From an uncultured delta proteobacterium (lineage in GTDB: Bacteria > Desulfobacterota > Binatia > Bin18): DNA of 64,000 nucleotides. Shown piece after piece: positions 43,219-53,542 of this stretch. Numbering within the stretch: the first letter of the stretch is position 1; each line of letters starts with the position of its first letter. The DNA lies in assembly GCA_963733195.1 (NCBI GenBank), contig CAVTCR010000065.1, forward strand, positions 32,001-96,000, read 5' to 3'. Below the pieces are notes generated by a model. It did no database searches. It was not told the origin of the DNA and saw only the letters and a list, made by a program, of their open reading frames with translations. The position numbers were made by a program, and so were the translations under genes.

Positions 43219-43662
43219 ATGGCAAAGGATATCCGCAAGCGAACAACCCGACAATTGACTGCGGTGTATGAAGCACTCCAGGGTGATCACTCCCACCCGA
43301 GCGCCGAAGAAATCCACCGACGAGTGCAGAAAATCTCACCGCACGTGAGTCTTGGCACGGTCTATCGTAATTTGCAGCGGCTGACAGAAGAGGGGAAAAT
43401 CCGTACCGTCCATGTCGGTGACCGCAGCGCTCGCTATGATCCAACACTCGAAGGCCATGATCATTTTATCTGCCAACAATGTGGACGCGTAGACGATGTG
43501 TGGCTTAATCGAGATCGACGGATTAACCTCGCCCCGCTCGTTGCTAAAGGGTTCACGATTATTGACCAGAGCTTAGCGATTCACGGGCTTTGCCAACAGT
43601 GCGGACAACAACCCGCACCGCAACGACGTGCTATTGGGGAGCGACACGTGAACGGGCGTTAG
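43219..43662 (+). CDS. Fur-family regulator (PerR-like)
   Basis: HPSAEEI, SLGTVYRNL, RYD..HDHFICQQCG, HGLCQQC. Confidence 0.92.
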   Translation: MAKDIRKRTTRQLTAVYEALQGDHSHPSAEEIHRRVQKISPHVSLGTVYRNLQRLTEEGKIRTVHVGDRSARYDPTLEGHDHFICQQCGRVDDVWLNRDRRINLAPLVAKGFTIIDQSLAIHGLCQQCGQQPAPQRRAIGERHVNGR

Positions 43663-43844
43663 GATGGCTGCTGGTGCAAAGCGTTTGGCAGAGGAGGGGG
43701 AACGAGATGATAGCACCTTAAGAGGCAGAGACCTTACGAGGGTTCGGCACTCATTACGCACGGTTATAGGTCCCTTCGCCCCGAATGGGAGAAAGAGGAC
43801 AAGGTAGGAGTCGGAGAGTAACGCTTGGGAGGAGGTTTGTTTCT

Positions 43845-44474
43845 ATGATCGTCGATATGCACGATGTGTTGCAGGCTCTGTTGCGGTGGATTCATCTTGT
43901 TGCGGGAATTATCTGGATTGGCATGTTGCTCTTTTTTAATCTGGTGAATGCGCACGTGACGAGTGTGCTCCAAGCCTCGACACGGAGGGAGGTTGTTCCG
44001 CAACTTATGCCTCGCGCTTTGTTTTGGTTTCGGTGGGGGGCGATGTTTACGTTCCTGTCTGGATGGCTGATGATCGTCTGGAAGTACAACGTCCTCGGGA
44101 GTGGTATGCATGGGGACGCCGGCTTGTTGGGATCTGAGGCTGGCTATTGGATCACATTTGGTGCGCTTCTCGGGAGCATCATGTGGTTCAACGTGTGGTT
44201 TGTCATCTGGCCGGCGCAGCAAAAGCTCATTACCTGGGTCAAAGAAGGACAGACGCCCCCAGAGCAGCCGTATGTGGCAAAGACCGCACTCTATGCGTCG
44301 CGGATCAACACGTTTCTATCGGTGCCGATGCTCTTTGGCATGTTTGCTGGCGCGGGGCACTATCCTAGCATTACCTTTTTTCCCTGGTCTTTGATCGTCA
44401 TTGCTGTGGGGGCAGCGGCTGCCTATGTGATGCTGTTCAATCTGGGACCGAAGGTGGCTAAGACCTGGCCGTGA
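43845..44474 (+). CDS. PuuD/urate-oxidase N-terminal-like membrane protein, no cytochrome c domain
   Basis: LRWIHLVAGIIWIG, RALFWFRWGAM, IMWFNVWFVIWPAQQ, SRINTFLSVPMLF; GGAGG RBS. Confidence 0.8.
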   Translation: MIVDMHDVLQALLRWIHLVAGIIWIGMLLFFNLVNAHVTSVLQASTRREVVPQLMPRALFWFRWGAMFTFLSGWLMIVWKYNVLGSGMHGDAGLLGSEAGYWITFGALLGSIMWFNVWFVIWPAQQKLITWVKEGQTPPEQPYVAKTALYASRINTFLSVPMLFGMFAGAGHYPSITFFPWSLIVIAVGAAAAYVMLFNLGPKVAKTWP

Positions 44475-44572
44475 CGGGAAGCGAAGGCGAACCGGTGATA
44501 GGGCGAAAAGGTGAATCGGAGACCCCTCCTCGCCGATTCACCCATTCTTCCGCTCTCCGTTTCTTCCTTGTT

Positions 44573-45337
44573 TTAACTCCCGCCGAACTTTACTTCGACT
44601 TCTTTCGTTTCCTTTGCATTGAGAGAAACTTTTTGTGATCTCGTGCCGAAGCGTTCATGCCAGGCTTCGAGAGCATACTCCCCTGGTGGGAGATTACGGA
44701 GCGTAAAGGATCCATCAGTTCCACTCACAGCAAAATAGGGATGAGAGAACACTCCGACATATGCCCGCATCCACGGATGAATGTCGCACTTCACTTCGAT
44801 CACTGCTTCAGGTTTGTCGACTTTAATCGTGCGGGTCATACCTTTAACACTGAGGCTGACATTCCATGGTTTGGCTGTCTGAGCAAAGCCGTGGACGTTA
44901 TGGGCGAGTGCATCGCTGTTTAAAAATTTGAGAGGTTGATCGACTTGTACGCCAACAACGCGAGGGAGAAAGATACAACCTTTCTGATCGATACTGATTG
45001 GCTCGGGAGAAACCGCAAACACTCGGTTACCCAATCCATCTTTTATATACACGAGAGCATTCTGCACCTTCCCATCGCTGACCAAGATATCACCGGAGCG
45101 TGGATTTCCTTGTGGATGTTGGGACGCGCATTCCGCCCAGCCACTTAACTGGGCAATGGACTGCTCGGGTGCGGTTCCCTCAAAGCGAACGACTCCAGAA
45201 ATCGTTCCGACGGTAGACATGTCGAGTGGTGTGGGTTGTTGTGCGGGTTTTGCTGACTCTTGTCCACTTCCACCGCAGGCGGAAAATAGCACAAAAAGAC
45301 AGACGCTGATGAATACATAGAAATACCATTGTTTCAT
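44573..45337 (-). CDS. Lipoprotein with cupredoxin-like and carboxypeptidase-regulatory-like domains
   Basis: Lipobox FSAC; DQKGCIFLP, HNVH, CDIHPWM, LPPGEY..WHE. Confidence 0.8.
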   Translation of the reverse strand: MKQWYFYVFISVCLFVLFSACGGSGQESAKPAQQPTPLDMSTVGTISGVVRFEGTAPEQSIAQLSGWAECASQHPQGNPRSGDILVSDGKVQNALVYIKDGLGNRVFAVSPEPISIDQKGCIFLPRVVGVQVDQPLKFLNSDALAHNVHGFAQTAKPWNVSLSVKGMTRTIKVDKPEAVIEVKCDIHPWMRAYVGVFSHPYFAVSGTDGSFTLRNLPPGEYALEAWHERFGTRSQKVSLNAKETKEVEVKFGGS

Positions 45338-45420
45338 AAGGACAGCTTGCCAGAGAGGAAGCCAAGATCAAGGACGGGAACACTCCAGCTTCAATTCCTG
45401 CCAGACAATCGTAGCAGCCC

Positions 45421-45570
45421 GTCATTCCGGCAAGGCCGTAGGCCGCGACCCGGAATCCAGGAAGATTCATTATCGGTCTGTAGCAGTGCCCCTTGGATTC
45501 CCGCCGAAGCCTGTCCTGCCTGCGCCAGTGCCGTAGGCACAGGTGAGTCTGTCGAAGGGCGGGAATGACG
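45421..45570. repeat. GTCATTCC...GGAATGAC palindromic element with nested GTCGAAGG-type unit
   Basis: gtcattccggc..ggaatccagg..ttggattcccgccgaagcctgtcc..gtcgaagggcgggaatgac. Confidence 0.7.
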
Positions 45571-45596
45571 CCTCCTCTGTCCACCTCTCAGAGTTA

Positions 45597-46595
45597 TTAC
45601 GACGGGCCTCTAGTGTCTCTGACTTCCCGCTGTACCGCTTCAACCTCACTCCGATTCACACAATTGATCAGTGGCTCACCGGCTCGTAATCGATTCACAT
45701 TGGCAGCCAGCCCGCGTGCAATACTATTGTAGGAGAGGTCGGTGACACCGGCGGTATGAGGGGTAGCGAGAACATTGTAAGCAAAAAGGGGATCGTTAGG
45801 ATCTGCCGGTTCATCCCAGAATACATCCAACCCAGCTCCGGCAAGAGTTCCCTGCGCGAGCGCGGAGACGAGCGCGTCATGCTCGATCACTGGGCCACGT
45901 CCAACGTTGATGAGAAAGGCCGACTTTTTCATCTGCGACAACACAGTCGTGTTGATGAGTCCACGAGTTGTCGGTGTCACTGGCAGTGCAAGAACAACAA
46001 AATCTGCCTCGGCGAGAACTTGAGGCAGGTCCTGTATCCCGCCGAGGAATGCTAACCCCAACTGTTGGCGTAACGTTTCTGACGGATGTTGTTTGATGCC
46101 GAGCAGCCGCATGCCAAAATGATGTAAGCGTTTTACGATTTCGGTACCGATACTGCCGACGCCAAGAATTGCGACAGTCTTGCCCTGTAACGCAGTGCTC
46201 AACGGAGCGCCGAAGAGGCGCTTCTTTACGTTTGCCAATGCAAGGGGAAATTTGCGTGCCAAAGCGAGCATGAGAAAAATGGTGTGTTCAGCAACCGATT
46301 CAGCATTACCAGCCCCTTCGTGTCCTGGAACGTTGGCAACGTAGATCCCACGACGAGTTGCGGCGGGAATATCGACTCCTTCAAGGCCCACTCCAAACTG
46401 GTGGATAATCGTTGCTGACGTTTTGGCTATGACCTTGGCATCAACACGAAACATAGCTGGAATAAGGACATCGACACGTGCTGCCTCTTCCTGGACCTGT
46501 TCTGCCGGGCAAGCGCGAATGTTGTCATGCGGAAGATGCTGGCGCAAAATTTCCGCGCAATGCGGGAAATGAGTGGTGCAGATCAAAATTTCCAT
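45597..46595 (-). CDS. D-isomer-specific 2-hydroxyacid dehydrogenase
   Basis: GVGSIG, INVGRG, GAGLDVFWDEP, ATPHTAG. Confidence 0.92.
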   Translation of the reverse strand: MEILICTTHFPHCAEILRQHLPHDNIRACPAEQVQEEAARVDVLIPAMFRVDAKVIAKTSATIIHQFGVGLEGVDIPAATRRGIYVANVPGHEGAGNAESVAEHTIFLMLALARKFPLALANVKKRLFGAPLSTALQGKTVAILGVGSIGTEIVKRLHHFGMRLLGIKQHPSETLRQQLGLAFLGGIQDLPQVLAEADFVVLALPVTPTTRGLINTTVLSQMKKSAFLINVGRGPVIEHDALVSALAQGTLAGAGLDVFWDEPADPNDPLFAYNVLATPHTAGVTDLSYNSIARGLAANVNRLRAGEPLINCVNRSEVEAVQREVRDTRGPS

Positions 46596-46686
46596 AGTAA
46601 TAGCTGGGTTATTTTTTGCTCGCAGTGAGAATGAGAGACAACCAGGGGGTACGTCTCTTTTCTTTGTTTCTCATCTCTAAACCTAT

Positions 46687-47574
46687 CTAAAAGTGCTGCG
46701 GCTCGCCTGCTTGCCGATCCTGCGGTTCAAGTTGAATCGTAATGTGGTCAATACCAAAGCGCTCGTAAATCGTCTTCTCAAGAGAATCCAGGAGGGCATG
46801 TTGATCATGGTTGCCGTTGACGACCGCGTGCGCTGTCAGAGTGAACAAATTAGAAGTGAGTGTCCACACGTGTAGGTCATGGATTCGCTTGACACCTTCG
46901 ACTGCTTCCAAGGTGCGCTGCACTTCCGCAAGGTTAATGTGGCGTGGTGTGGCTTGCATGAGGACGTCTACAGACTCTCGGACAAGCTCAAACGAGCTCA
47001 CTAAGATGAGAATTCCGATGAGCACACTGGTCAGAGGGTCCACCCAATACCAGCCAGTCCACATAATGAGAACACCCGCGACGATTGCCCCGATTGAACC
47101 CAGCACATCGCTGAGTACATGTAAAAAAACTCCGCGCAGGTTCAAGTTGGTGTGATGAGAATCGTAGAGTAGCCAAACAGAGACCAAATTGATGACGAGG
47201 CCAACGCTAGCAATGAGGACCATGCCCTGTCCATACACGTCAGATGGCGAGAAGAGTCGGTAGTATGCCTCACGAAAAATCACCCCAGCGATCAGCCAAA
47301 GGGCAAGACCATTGAAGAAAGCTGCTAAAATCTCAGCACGATAGTAGCCAAAAGTTTTTTGTGAATTGACCGGCAGCGTCGCGATATACGCAGCGAAGAG
47401 GGACAACCCCATTGCCGTGACATCGGACAGCATGTGTCCGGCATCAGAAAAGAGGGCAAGACTATTGGTCAGCCAACCGCCAATAAACTCGACCACACAG
47501 TAACCGCCCGTAAGGATGAGCGCGAGTGTTAGCGGTCGGCGGCCGTGGGAATGTTCGTGATCGTGCGCCATCAT
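46687..47574 (-). CDS. Cation diffusion facilitator (CzcD/ZitB-like)
   Basis: SLALFSDAGHMLSD, TFGYYRAE, LHVLSDVLGS, HDLHVW, HITIQLE. Confidence 0.93.
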   Translation of the reverse strand: MMAHDHEHSHGRRPLTLALILTGGYCVVEFIGGWLTNSLALFSDAGHMLSDVTAMGLSLFAAYIATLPVNSQKTFGYYRAEILAAFFNGLALWLIAGVIFREAYYRLFSPSDVYGQGMVLIASVGLVINLVSVWLLYDSHHTNLNLRGVFLHVLSDVLGSIGAIVAGVLIMWTGWYWVDPLTSVLIGILILVSSFELVRESVDVLMQATPRHINLAEVQRTLEAVEGVKRIHDLHVWTLTSNLFTLTAHAVVNGNHDQHALLDSLEKTIYERFGIDHITIQLEPQDRQAGEPQHF

Positions 47575-47599
47575 CTCTCCTCAGTGTCCCCTCTCCAAT

Positions 47600-49129
47600 C
47601 TAATGAGCCCACGGTGGGAGCGTATCAAGGGAAATACCAAAGACAAAAATGCCGATAAGATACACGAGTGCTGTTAAGAGCAGCGCACCAATGATGTCAA
47701 GGCCAATACCGGCACGTACCATCTGTGGGACGGTGACATGGCCACTAGTAAACACAATCGCATTCGGTCCCGTCGCTGATGGTAACATGAAGTTACAGAC
47801 TGAGGCGGCGAACGTTGCTGGAACCATCAGCAACAAAGGGTCCATACCCATGGCGGGGGCAGTTGCGGCGAGTATGGGCATCATCAACGTTGTCGTTGCG
47901 GTGTTACTGGCGAACTCAGTCACCCAAGCAGTGAGTAGAGTGACGAGAAAAATGACGCTCAGTGGGGACAGATGACCAAAGGAAGAGAGTTGCGATCCCA
48001 ACCAGGAGGCGAGGCCAGTTTTCTCAACGCCTTCGGCGAGGGCAAGTCCGCCACCGAGCAGGATGAGCACTCCCCAGGGCAGACGTTCGGCAGATTGCCA
48101 ATCCATCAAAAATTTTCCACTTTGCCGATTGGCAGGAATAAAGAATAACAGCAATGCCATGACCATCGCGACAGTGGAATCCTGTATCGTGACGGGCATA
48201 GGGAGAAGGCGTGACCACCCTGGGAGAGTCACACTCCCTAACGGCAGATCCGCTCGGAAGATCCATAATAATGCTGTCGTAGCCGCAAGTAGCGCAACTT
48301 TTTTCTCCTCTCGACTCATAGGGCCGAGGGCTTGGAGGCGAGTTTGCAGAAAGTGTTTATCTGCCTGCCATCCCTCAGTGGGATAGGGAAACGAGAGGTA
48401 GGTGAGGTATACCCAGGTCACAAGGGTTAGGAGTACGGCAGCTGGGACCCCGAATAGCATCCACTGCAAAAAGCCGATGGGCGGAGCGTCGGGAAAGAGT
48501 TTGCTGAAAGCCCCAAGAAAAATCACATTTGGTGGTGTTCCGACTGGAGTCCCGATGCCACCGATAGAAGCTCCGTAGGCGATCATTAGCATTAAGGCGG
48601 TCCCAAAGCCCTTCTTGGTGTCGTAGCCTTGAGACGCAGCATGATCAAGAATCGCCAGCGCGATTGGCAGCATGATCAGCGTCGTTGCCACGTTTGAAAC
48701 CCACATCGATATCGCAGCGGTGGTCGCCATGATGCCGAGGGTTAGCGATTGCGGTGATGCGCCAACTCGGTTGAGCACCTGAAGGGCGATGCGATGATGG
48801 AGATGACATTTCTCTATCGCCAGCGCGATAATGAAACCGCCGAGAAAAAGGAAAATGACCTGATCGGCGTAGGCTTGGGAGACCTCCTGTGGTGTCAGAA
48901 TGTGAAGAAACGGGAATAACGCCAGCGGCACGAGTGCCGTCACCGATGGATGTACAGCCTCGCTCACCCACCACACTGCCATCAGCGCGGTGGCTGCGGC
49001 CATGCGCCATGCCTTGGTTTCCATACCAGCAGGTGGAGGGAGAAGAAGAAGGAGAAAGAAAACCCCCAGGCCGAGAAACAAACCAATCAATTGGCGACGC
49101 TCGTAGTGAGGAGAACTCGTATCACTCAT
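47600..49129 (-). CDS. DASS/SLC13 sodium:dicarboxylate or sulfate symporter
   Basis: SMWVSNVATT, GTPVGTPPN, LLGGGLAL, TEFASNTAT, ATGPNAI. Confidence 0.92.
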   Translation of the reverse strand: MSDTSSPHYERRQLIGLFLGLGVFFLLLLLPPPAGMETKAWRMAAATALMAVWWVSEAVHPSVTALVPLALFPFLHILTPQEVSQAYADQVIFLFLGGFIIALAIEKCHLHHRIALQVLNRVGASPQSLTLGIMATTAAISMWVSNVATTLIMLPIALAILDHAASQGYDTKKGFGTALMLMIAYGASIGGIGTPVGTPPNVIFLGAFSKLFPDAPPIGFLQWMLFGVPAAVLLTLVTWVYLTYLSFPYPTEGWQADKHFLQTRLQALGPMSREEKKVALLAATTALLWIFRADLPLGSVTLPGWSRLLPMPVTIQDSTVAMVMALLLFFIPANRQSGKFLMDWQSAERLPWGVLILLGGGLALAEGVEKTGLASWLGSQLSSFGHLSPLSVIFLVTLLTAWVTEFASNTATTTLMMPILAATAPAMGMDPLLLMVPATFAASVCNFMLPSATGPNAIVFTSGHVTVPQMVRAGIGLDIIGALLLTALVYLIGIFVFGISLDTLPPWAH

Positions 49130-49144
49130 TGAGGCGCGTCATTG

Positions 49145-50146
49145 CTAGCGTTCTGCTTTCGCCAAGGCAGGAAGGGCAGTCGCCAACAGGCGCGCCATCG
49201 CGTCAGCAAACAGTCGTGGTAGTTCCTTAGGACGACAGCCTGCGGCCGCCGGATGTCCTCCGCCGCCAAAGGTTTGTGCGAGTATGGACAAATCCGCCTG
49301 GCAATCGGGCGAACGCCGAAGACTGACACCCTCTCCAGTCAGATCAAAGAACGCGAATACGGTCTGTGTTGCCTGTTTTCCCCACGCGTCGCCAATTTCA
49401 CTCGCATATCCGTCGCACACCGCAGTCACTAGGGTGTAGGGGGTACCAGAAACAGGAATACTCACACGGCTGCGTTCGGCTAAAGCAAAACTGTCACGCA
49501 GCTCCCCTGCAACTTTCTCATAGGCGGCTTGCATGGCTGGCGTATAAGTGACGGCGGCATCAATGTTGAGCATGGCATCATAGCCGTCCAAGCTGTCGTG
49601 CTCGCCTAGCTTACGGAGGGTCCACGCAAGTTCACGAGAGCCGGCAATGGCATGAATCCAACGGTCGGTGTCGTCGGCCATCGCCACTGCCTGAGCAAAG
49701 TCAGCAAAGTGGTCATTTTGTTGTTGCGCGGTGGCGAGCTTACGAGCCAAGTATTCATAGGTAAGACGTGAGGCAGCAAACTCTTCACTGATGACTTTGT
49801 CGGCGAAAGGCACGTTGATGGTCCCCGCTGCATAGCGCTTAATCGCTGTGCGATGGTGGTCGATCCAGTAAATTTTCACTCCTTGTGCAGCAAGCTGGCA
49901 CAAGTGATCATCTGTGGCTTGTTCTGTCCAAGAAATATCGGTGATCCACACTTCGCTCCCAGCGGGTGCAGCTTCTGGAGTGATGGAGCGAATAACTTCG
50001 TTAATCCGTTCGTTCCCGGAGAAGTGCGGGACCACGGTGGTATCCGCATAATAGCGAGCGACGGCGACGGCGGCGGCGACGCCATCAAGACAATAGGGGC
50101 CGTGGCTAACGACATGAACGATGGCAGGGCGCGTAGACTTTTCCAT
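49145..50146 (-). CDS. DHH/DHHA1 phosphoesterase
   Basis: CLDG, ITDIS, IDHH, SLRRS, GGGGHPAAAG. Confidence 0.88.
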   Translation of the reverse strand: MEKSTRPAIVHVVSHGPYCLDGVAAAVAVARYYADTTVVPHFSGNERINEVIRSITPEAAPAGSEVWITDISWTEQATDDHLCQLAAQGVKIYWIDHHRTAIKRYAAGTINVPFADKVISEEFAASRLTYEYLARKLATAQQQNDHFADFAQAVAMADDTDRWIHAIAGSRELAWTLRKLGEHDSLDGYDAMLNIDAAVTYTPAMQAAYEKVAGELRDSFALAERSRVSIPVSGTPYTLVTAVCDGYASEIGDAWGKQATQTVFAFFDLTGEGVSLRRSPDCQADLSILAQTFGGGGHPAAAGCRPKELPRLFADAMARLLATALPALAKAER

Positions 50147-50269
50147 AAAATGTTGAACTTTACTTTCTTAATCTGCAAACAAAAGAATCATTATAGAAAA
50201 GTGCGTACCGTTCGGCAAACCGGGGAATGAGATTCGGGGGTTCCTAAGGGATGGGTTGTATCTCTGAGG

Positions 50270-51244
50270 TTACACCATCTGCCGTGCGGCATCCATAACT
50301 TTTTCGATGTCGAGCACGCGCGGGCCATCCCACGACCACTCGATTTCCCAACGATCTTCGGCACTAATCGAAAGTTCTCGTTCGCCATCGAGAGCCAAAA
50401 CTGATGGACTGAAACCCACAGGTATTCGCGTTCTCTGCTGCATGAGGACATGGTGCTGGATACCGACTTGAACAACAAGCCCTGGGGCGATGGCTGCCGT
50501 AATGGATCGGCCATGCTCACTGAGTTGTAAATAGAGCCCCCCTGCCTCCTGCGGATGGATGGGGTGCACCATACCGCCAATTGAAGCCATACCAATGTTG
50601 GTTGGTCGCCCCTGCGTGAGAAACAGTTCTTTCAGGCGGTGGACCTCCCACAGGGCACGGGCACCGATGAACTGATAGTCACAGACTGCTACATCCACCA
50701 AGGCAACATCTTCGAGGGTACCGTTACGATAGATATTCAACCGCTTGGTTGGCTGAGTAAATGCATCAAGAGACAGGCGACGAGTGGCGTAATGTCCTGC
50801 CGCGAGCCCTGCCAAGGTCGATTCGAGAAAACGTGGGAACGCATTATTCGTTCCTGTCGACAAAGGAACAAGCGGCATACTTCCGCAGCCTTTGGCGACA
50901 ACTCGACTCGTACCATCGCCGCCGATGACAATGACACACGCGACCCCTTGTTCATGCATGAGTTGCGCAGCGCGGGTGGAGTCGGCAGCCTCATCGTATA
51001 CCGACATTTCCAAGAAACGGGTTGTGAGGCGTAGCGGCATATTGATCCCGGATAAGGCTTTATTGCAGATGTTCGCAGGATCGGGAAAGAGTACGACCTC
51101 GTCTGCCCCTGCGCTATCAATTCCGAGGACGGCACGACGGACAATGTACACTTTCTCTTGCGTATCGAGCACCGAGCCGTGCGCAACTAAACGACGGATG
51201 TCTTTGCCTGCGCGGGGATTGGCGATGATTCCTACGGAAGTCAT
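50270..51244 (-). CDS. acoX: AcoX-like NAD-kinase-fold protein
   Basis: GIIANPRAGKDIRRLVA, GGDGTSR, STGTNNAFP, ALDGERE. Confidence 0.88.
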   Translation of the reverse strand: MTSVGIIANPRAGKDIRRLVAHGSVLDTQEKVYIVRRAVLGIDSAGADEVVLFPDPANICNKALSGINMPLRLTTRFLEMSVYDEAADSTRAAQLMHEQGVACVIVIGGDGTSRVVAKGCGSMPLVPLSTGTNNAFPRFLESTLAGLAAGHYATRRLSLDAFTQPTKRLNIYRNGTLEDVALVDVAVCDYQFIGARALWEVHRLKELFLTQGRPTNIGMASIGGMVHPIHPQEAGGLYLQLSEHGRSITAAIAPGLVVQVGIQHHVLMQQRTRIPVGFSPSVLALDGERELSISAEDRWEIEWSWDGPRVLDIEKVMDAARQMV

Positions 51245-51245
51245 A

Positions 51246-51320
51246 GGGGTTAGGGGTTGGGGGTTAGGGGTTAGGGGGCTAGGGGAAAAACCAGATTCCC
51301 AGCACCCAACCCCTAGCCCC
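51246..51320. repeat. G-rich heptamer repeats with C-rich complementary arm
   Basis: ggggttaggggttgggggttaggggttagggggctagggg ... cccaacccctagcccc. Confidence 0.85.
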
Positions 51321-52333
51321 TAAAAGAGCGAAAGTGCTGCTGCGGTAATTTTCTGCGCGTTTGGGAGGTAGTGATCTTCCAGCGGTGGACTGAAAGGTAC
51401 GGGGGTATGCGGTGCCGTCACCATCTTGATCGGCCCGTTGAGATAATCAAAGCCTTTGTCTGCCACAAGTGCTGCAATGTCTGTGGCCATACTGCACCGT
51501 GGATGAGACTCATCGACTACTACTAAGCGTCCGGTCTTTTTGACTGATCCCAGAACAGTTTCTTCATCAAATGGAGAAAGTGTGCGTGGGTCGATGACTT
51601 CGGTGCTCCTTCCCTGTTTTTGCAAATCATCGGCAGCCTTGAGCGCATGATGGACCATCTTGCCGATCGCAACGATGGTCAGATCATCTCCTGGACGCTT
51701 GATGTCAGCTTTGCCGAGCGGAATAGTATACGGTTCTTCTGGCACCGGCCCTTTCATCGCTCCCAGAGTGATATCTTCAAAGAAAATGACCAGATCGTCG
51801 TCGCGAATCGATGAGATGAGAAGTCCTTTGGCATCGTAGGGCGTTGAAGGGACGACTGTCTTCAAGCCTGGGATGTGGGTAAATAGTGAATATAACACTT
51901 GCGAATGTTGGGCGGCAGCACGATAGCCACCACCGCAGATGGTACGAATGACGACCGGCACTTTGGCTTTGCCACCAAACATGTAACGGAGCTTCGCACC
52001 TTGATTGAGCAGTTGATCGAAGCACACACCCATAAAACCGACGAACATCATCTCCGCAATCGGCCGCAGGCCGGTTACTGCGGCACCGACAGCAGCGCCG
52101 ATAAAGCCCGACTCACTAATTGGCGTATCGATGATGCGCTCACGGCCAAATTCTTTGACCAACCCTTTAGTGACACCCAAAACACCACCCCATGCCTCGT
52201 CACCCTGGAGATGATCAACGTCGGCTCCGCCCGCGACATCTTCACCCATCAAGATGACCTTGGGATCACGTTGCATCTCTTGGCGCATGGCTTCGTTGAG
52301 TGCTTGTCCGAAGTTTAATTCTCGCTCAGCCAT
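51320..52333 (-). CDS. acoB: TPP-dependent acetoin dehydrogenase E1 beta
   Basis: GEDVAGG, DTPISESG, AAAQHSQ, DAKGLL, HTPVPFSP. Confidence 0.88.
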   Translation of the reverse strand: MAERELNFGQALNEAMRQEMQRDPKVILMGEDVAGGADVDHLQGDEAWGGVLGVTKGLVKEFGRERIIDTPISESGFIGAAVGAAVTGLRPIAEMMFVGFMGVCFDQLLNQGAKLRYMFGGKAKVPVVIRTICGGGYRAAAQHSQVLYSLFTHIPGLKTVVPSTPYDAKGLLISSIRDDDLVIFFEDITLGAMKGPVPEEPYTIPLGKADIKRPGDDLTIVAIGKMVHHALKAADDLQKQGRSTEVIDPRTLSPFDEETVLGSVKKTGRLVVVDESHPRCSMATDIAALVADKGFDYLNGPIKMVTAPHTPVPFSPPLEDHYLPNAQKITAAALSLF

Positions 52334-52360
52334 TTTTCCCCCTCTCCAAGCTCCCCACCT

Positions 52361-52433
52361 GGGGGTTGGGGATTAGGGGCTAGGGGTTGGTGGGGATTTT
52401 TTACTAACCCCTAACCCCCAGCCCCTAGCCCCT
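52361..52433. repeat. Second G-rich heptamer hairpin
   Basis: gggggttggggattaggggctaggggttgg ... ctaacccctaacccccagcccctagcccc. Confidence 0.85.
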
Positions 52434-53400
52434 AGTAGTTGACGTAGACATCCGTGAACGTCTCTTTCACATCCGGGAACGGGCTTTCCTCGGCGAATTT
52501 TACGGCATCGTTGATTTGTGTGGCGACACGATCGTCGATCGCTTGCAAGGCGGACTCGCTCACTATACCACGCGCAATGACACTATCCTTAAAAAGTTTG
52601 ATTGGGTCCCGCTCTTTCTGGAATTTTTCCTGATCAGCAGCGATTTTGTAAGTCTGGGCGTCGCCCTCGAAGTGCCCGTTGAAACGATAGGTCTTACATT
52701 CCAATAATGTTGGACCTTGTCCTGCCCGTGCTCGTCTGATGGCCTCACCAGCGGCTTCATACACCGCGAAGATGTCATTCCCGTCGATAGTTACACCCGG
52801 CATGTTATAGGCTGCAGCCCGGTCAGCAATGTTCTCGACGCTGCAGTGATAATGAGCTGGGGTGGATTCGGCGTATCCGTTGTTCTCGGCGACAAAAACG
52901 ATGGGCAACTTCCAAATCGCCGCGAGGTTAAGACTTTCGTGCAAAGTTCCTTGTTCAGAGGCACCGTCGCCGAAGAAACAGATAGTGACTTGATCGGTTT
53001 TGTTGAGTTTAGCCGTCAGGCCAGAACCGCAAGCAAGGGGAGGGCCCCCGCCGACAATGCCATTAGCACCGAGCATTCCTTTATCCATATCGGCAATATG
53101 CATGGAACCGCCTTTGCCTTTGCACGTGCCTGTCGCCTTTCCAAAGAGTTCCGCCATCATTCCGCGTGGGTCCACACCTTTAGCGACGCAATGGCCGTGG
53201 CCGCGATGCGTCGAGGTCATGTAATCAGCATCGGTCAGATGCGCGCAGATACCGACTGCAATCGCCTCTTCCCCGGCGTAGAGATGCACGAAACCGGGAA
53301 TCTTGGCTTTGCCAAACTCCACTTTAACGCGATTCTCGAAGGTTCGTATGAGCTGCATCCGCTCATAGATCCACAGCAGTTTGTCCTTACTGATGTCCAT
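52432..53400 (-). CDS. acoA: TPP-dependent acetoin dehydrogenase E1 alpha
   Basis: IPGFVHLYAGEEA, STHRGHGH, GKGGSMH, FGDGA..ENN, GHFEGDAQTY. Confidence 0.9.
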   Translation of the reverse strand: MDISKDKLLWIYERMQLIRTFENRVKVEFGKAKIPGFVHLYAGEEAIAVGICAHLTDADYMTSTHRGHGHCVAKGVDPRGMMAELFGKATGTCKGKGGSMHIADMDKGMLGANGIVGGGPPLACGSGLTAKLNKTDQVTICFFGDGASEQGTLHESLNLAAIWKLPIVFVAENNGYAESTPAHYHCSVENIADRAAAYNMPGVTIDGNDIFAVYEAAGEAIRRARAGQGPTLLECKTYRFNGHFEGDAQTYKIAADQEKFQKERDPIKLFKDSVIARGIVSESALQAIDDRVATQINDAVKFAEESPFPDVKETFTDVYVNY

Positions 53401-53542
53401 GCGTGGTCCCTCCTTCACGGACAGCCAAGTGAGAAACTGTCGCGGTTCATAGCATGAAAGTGAGCGAAGGGTCTACCTGCGTTCGGTAGATCGGCCAAAT
53501 ATTAGCTTTTTCACGTAGGGCAGTCATGCTAGGGTCGCACGT

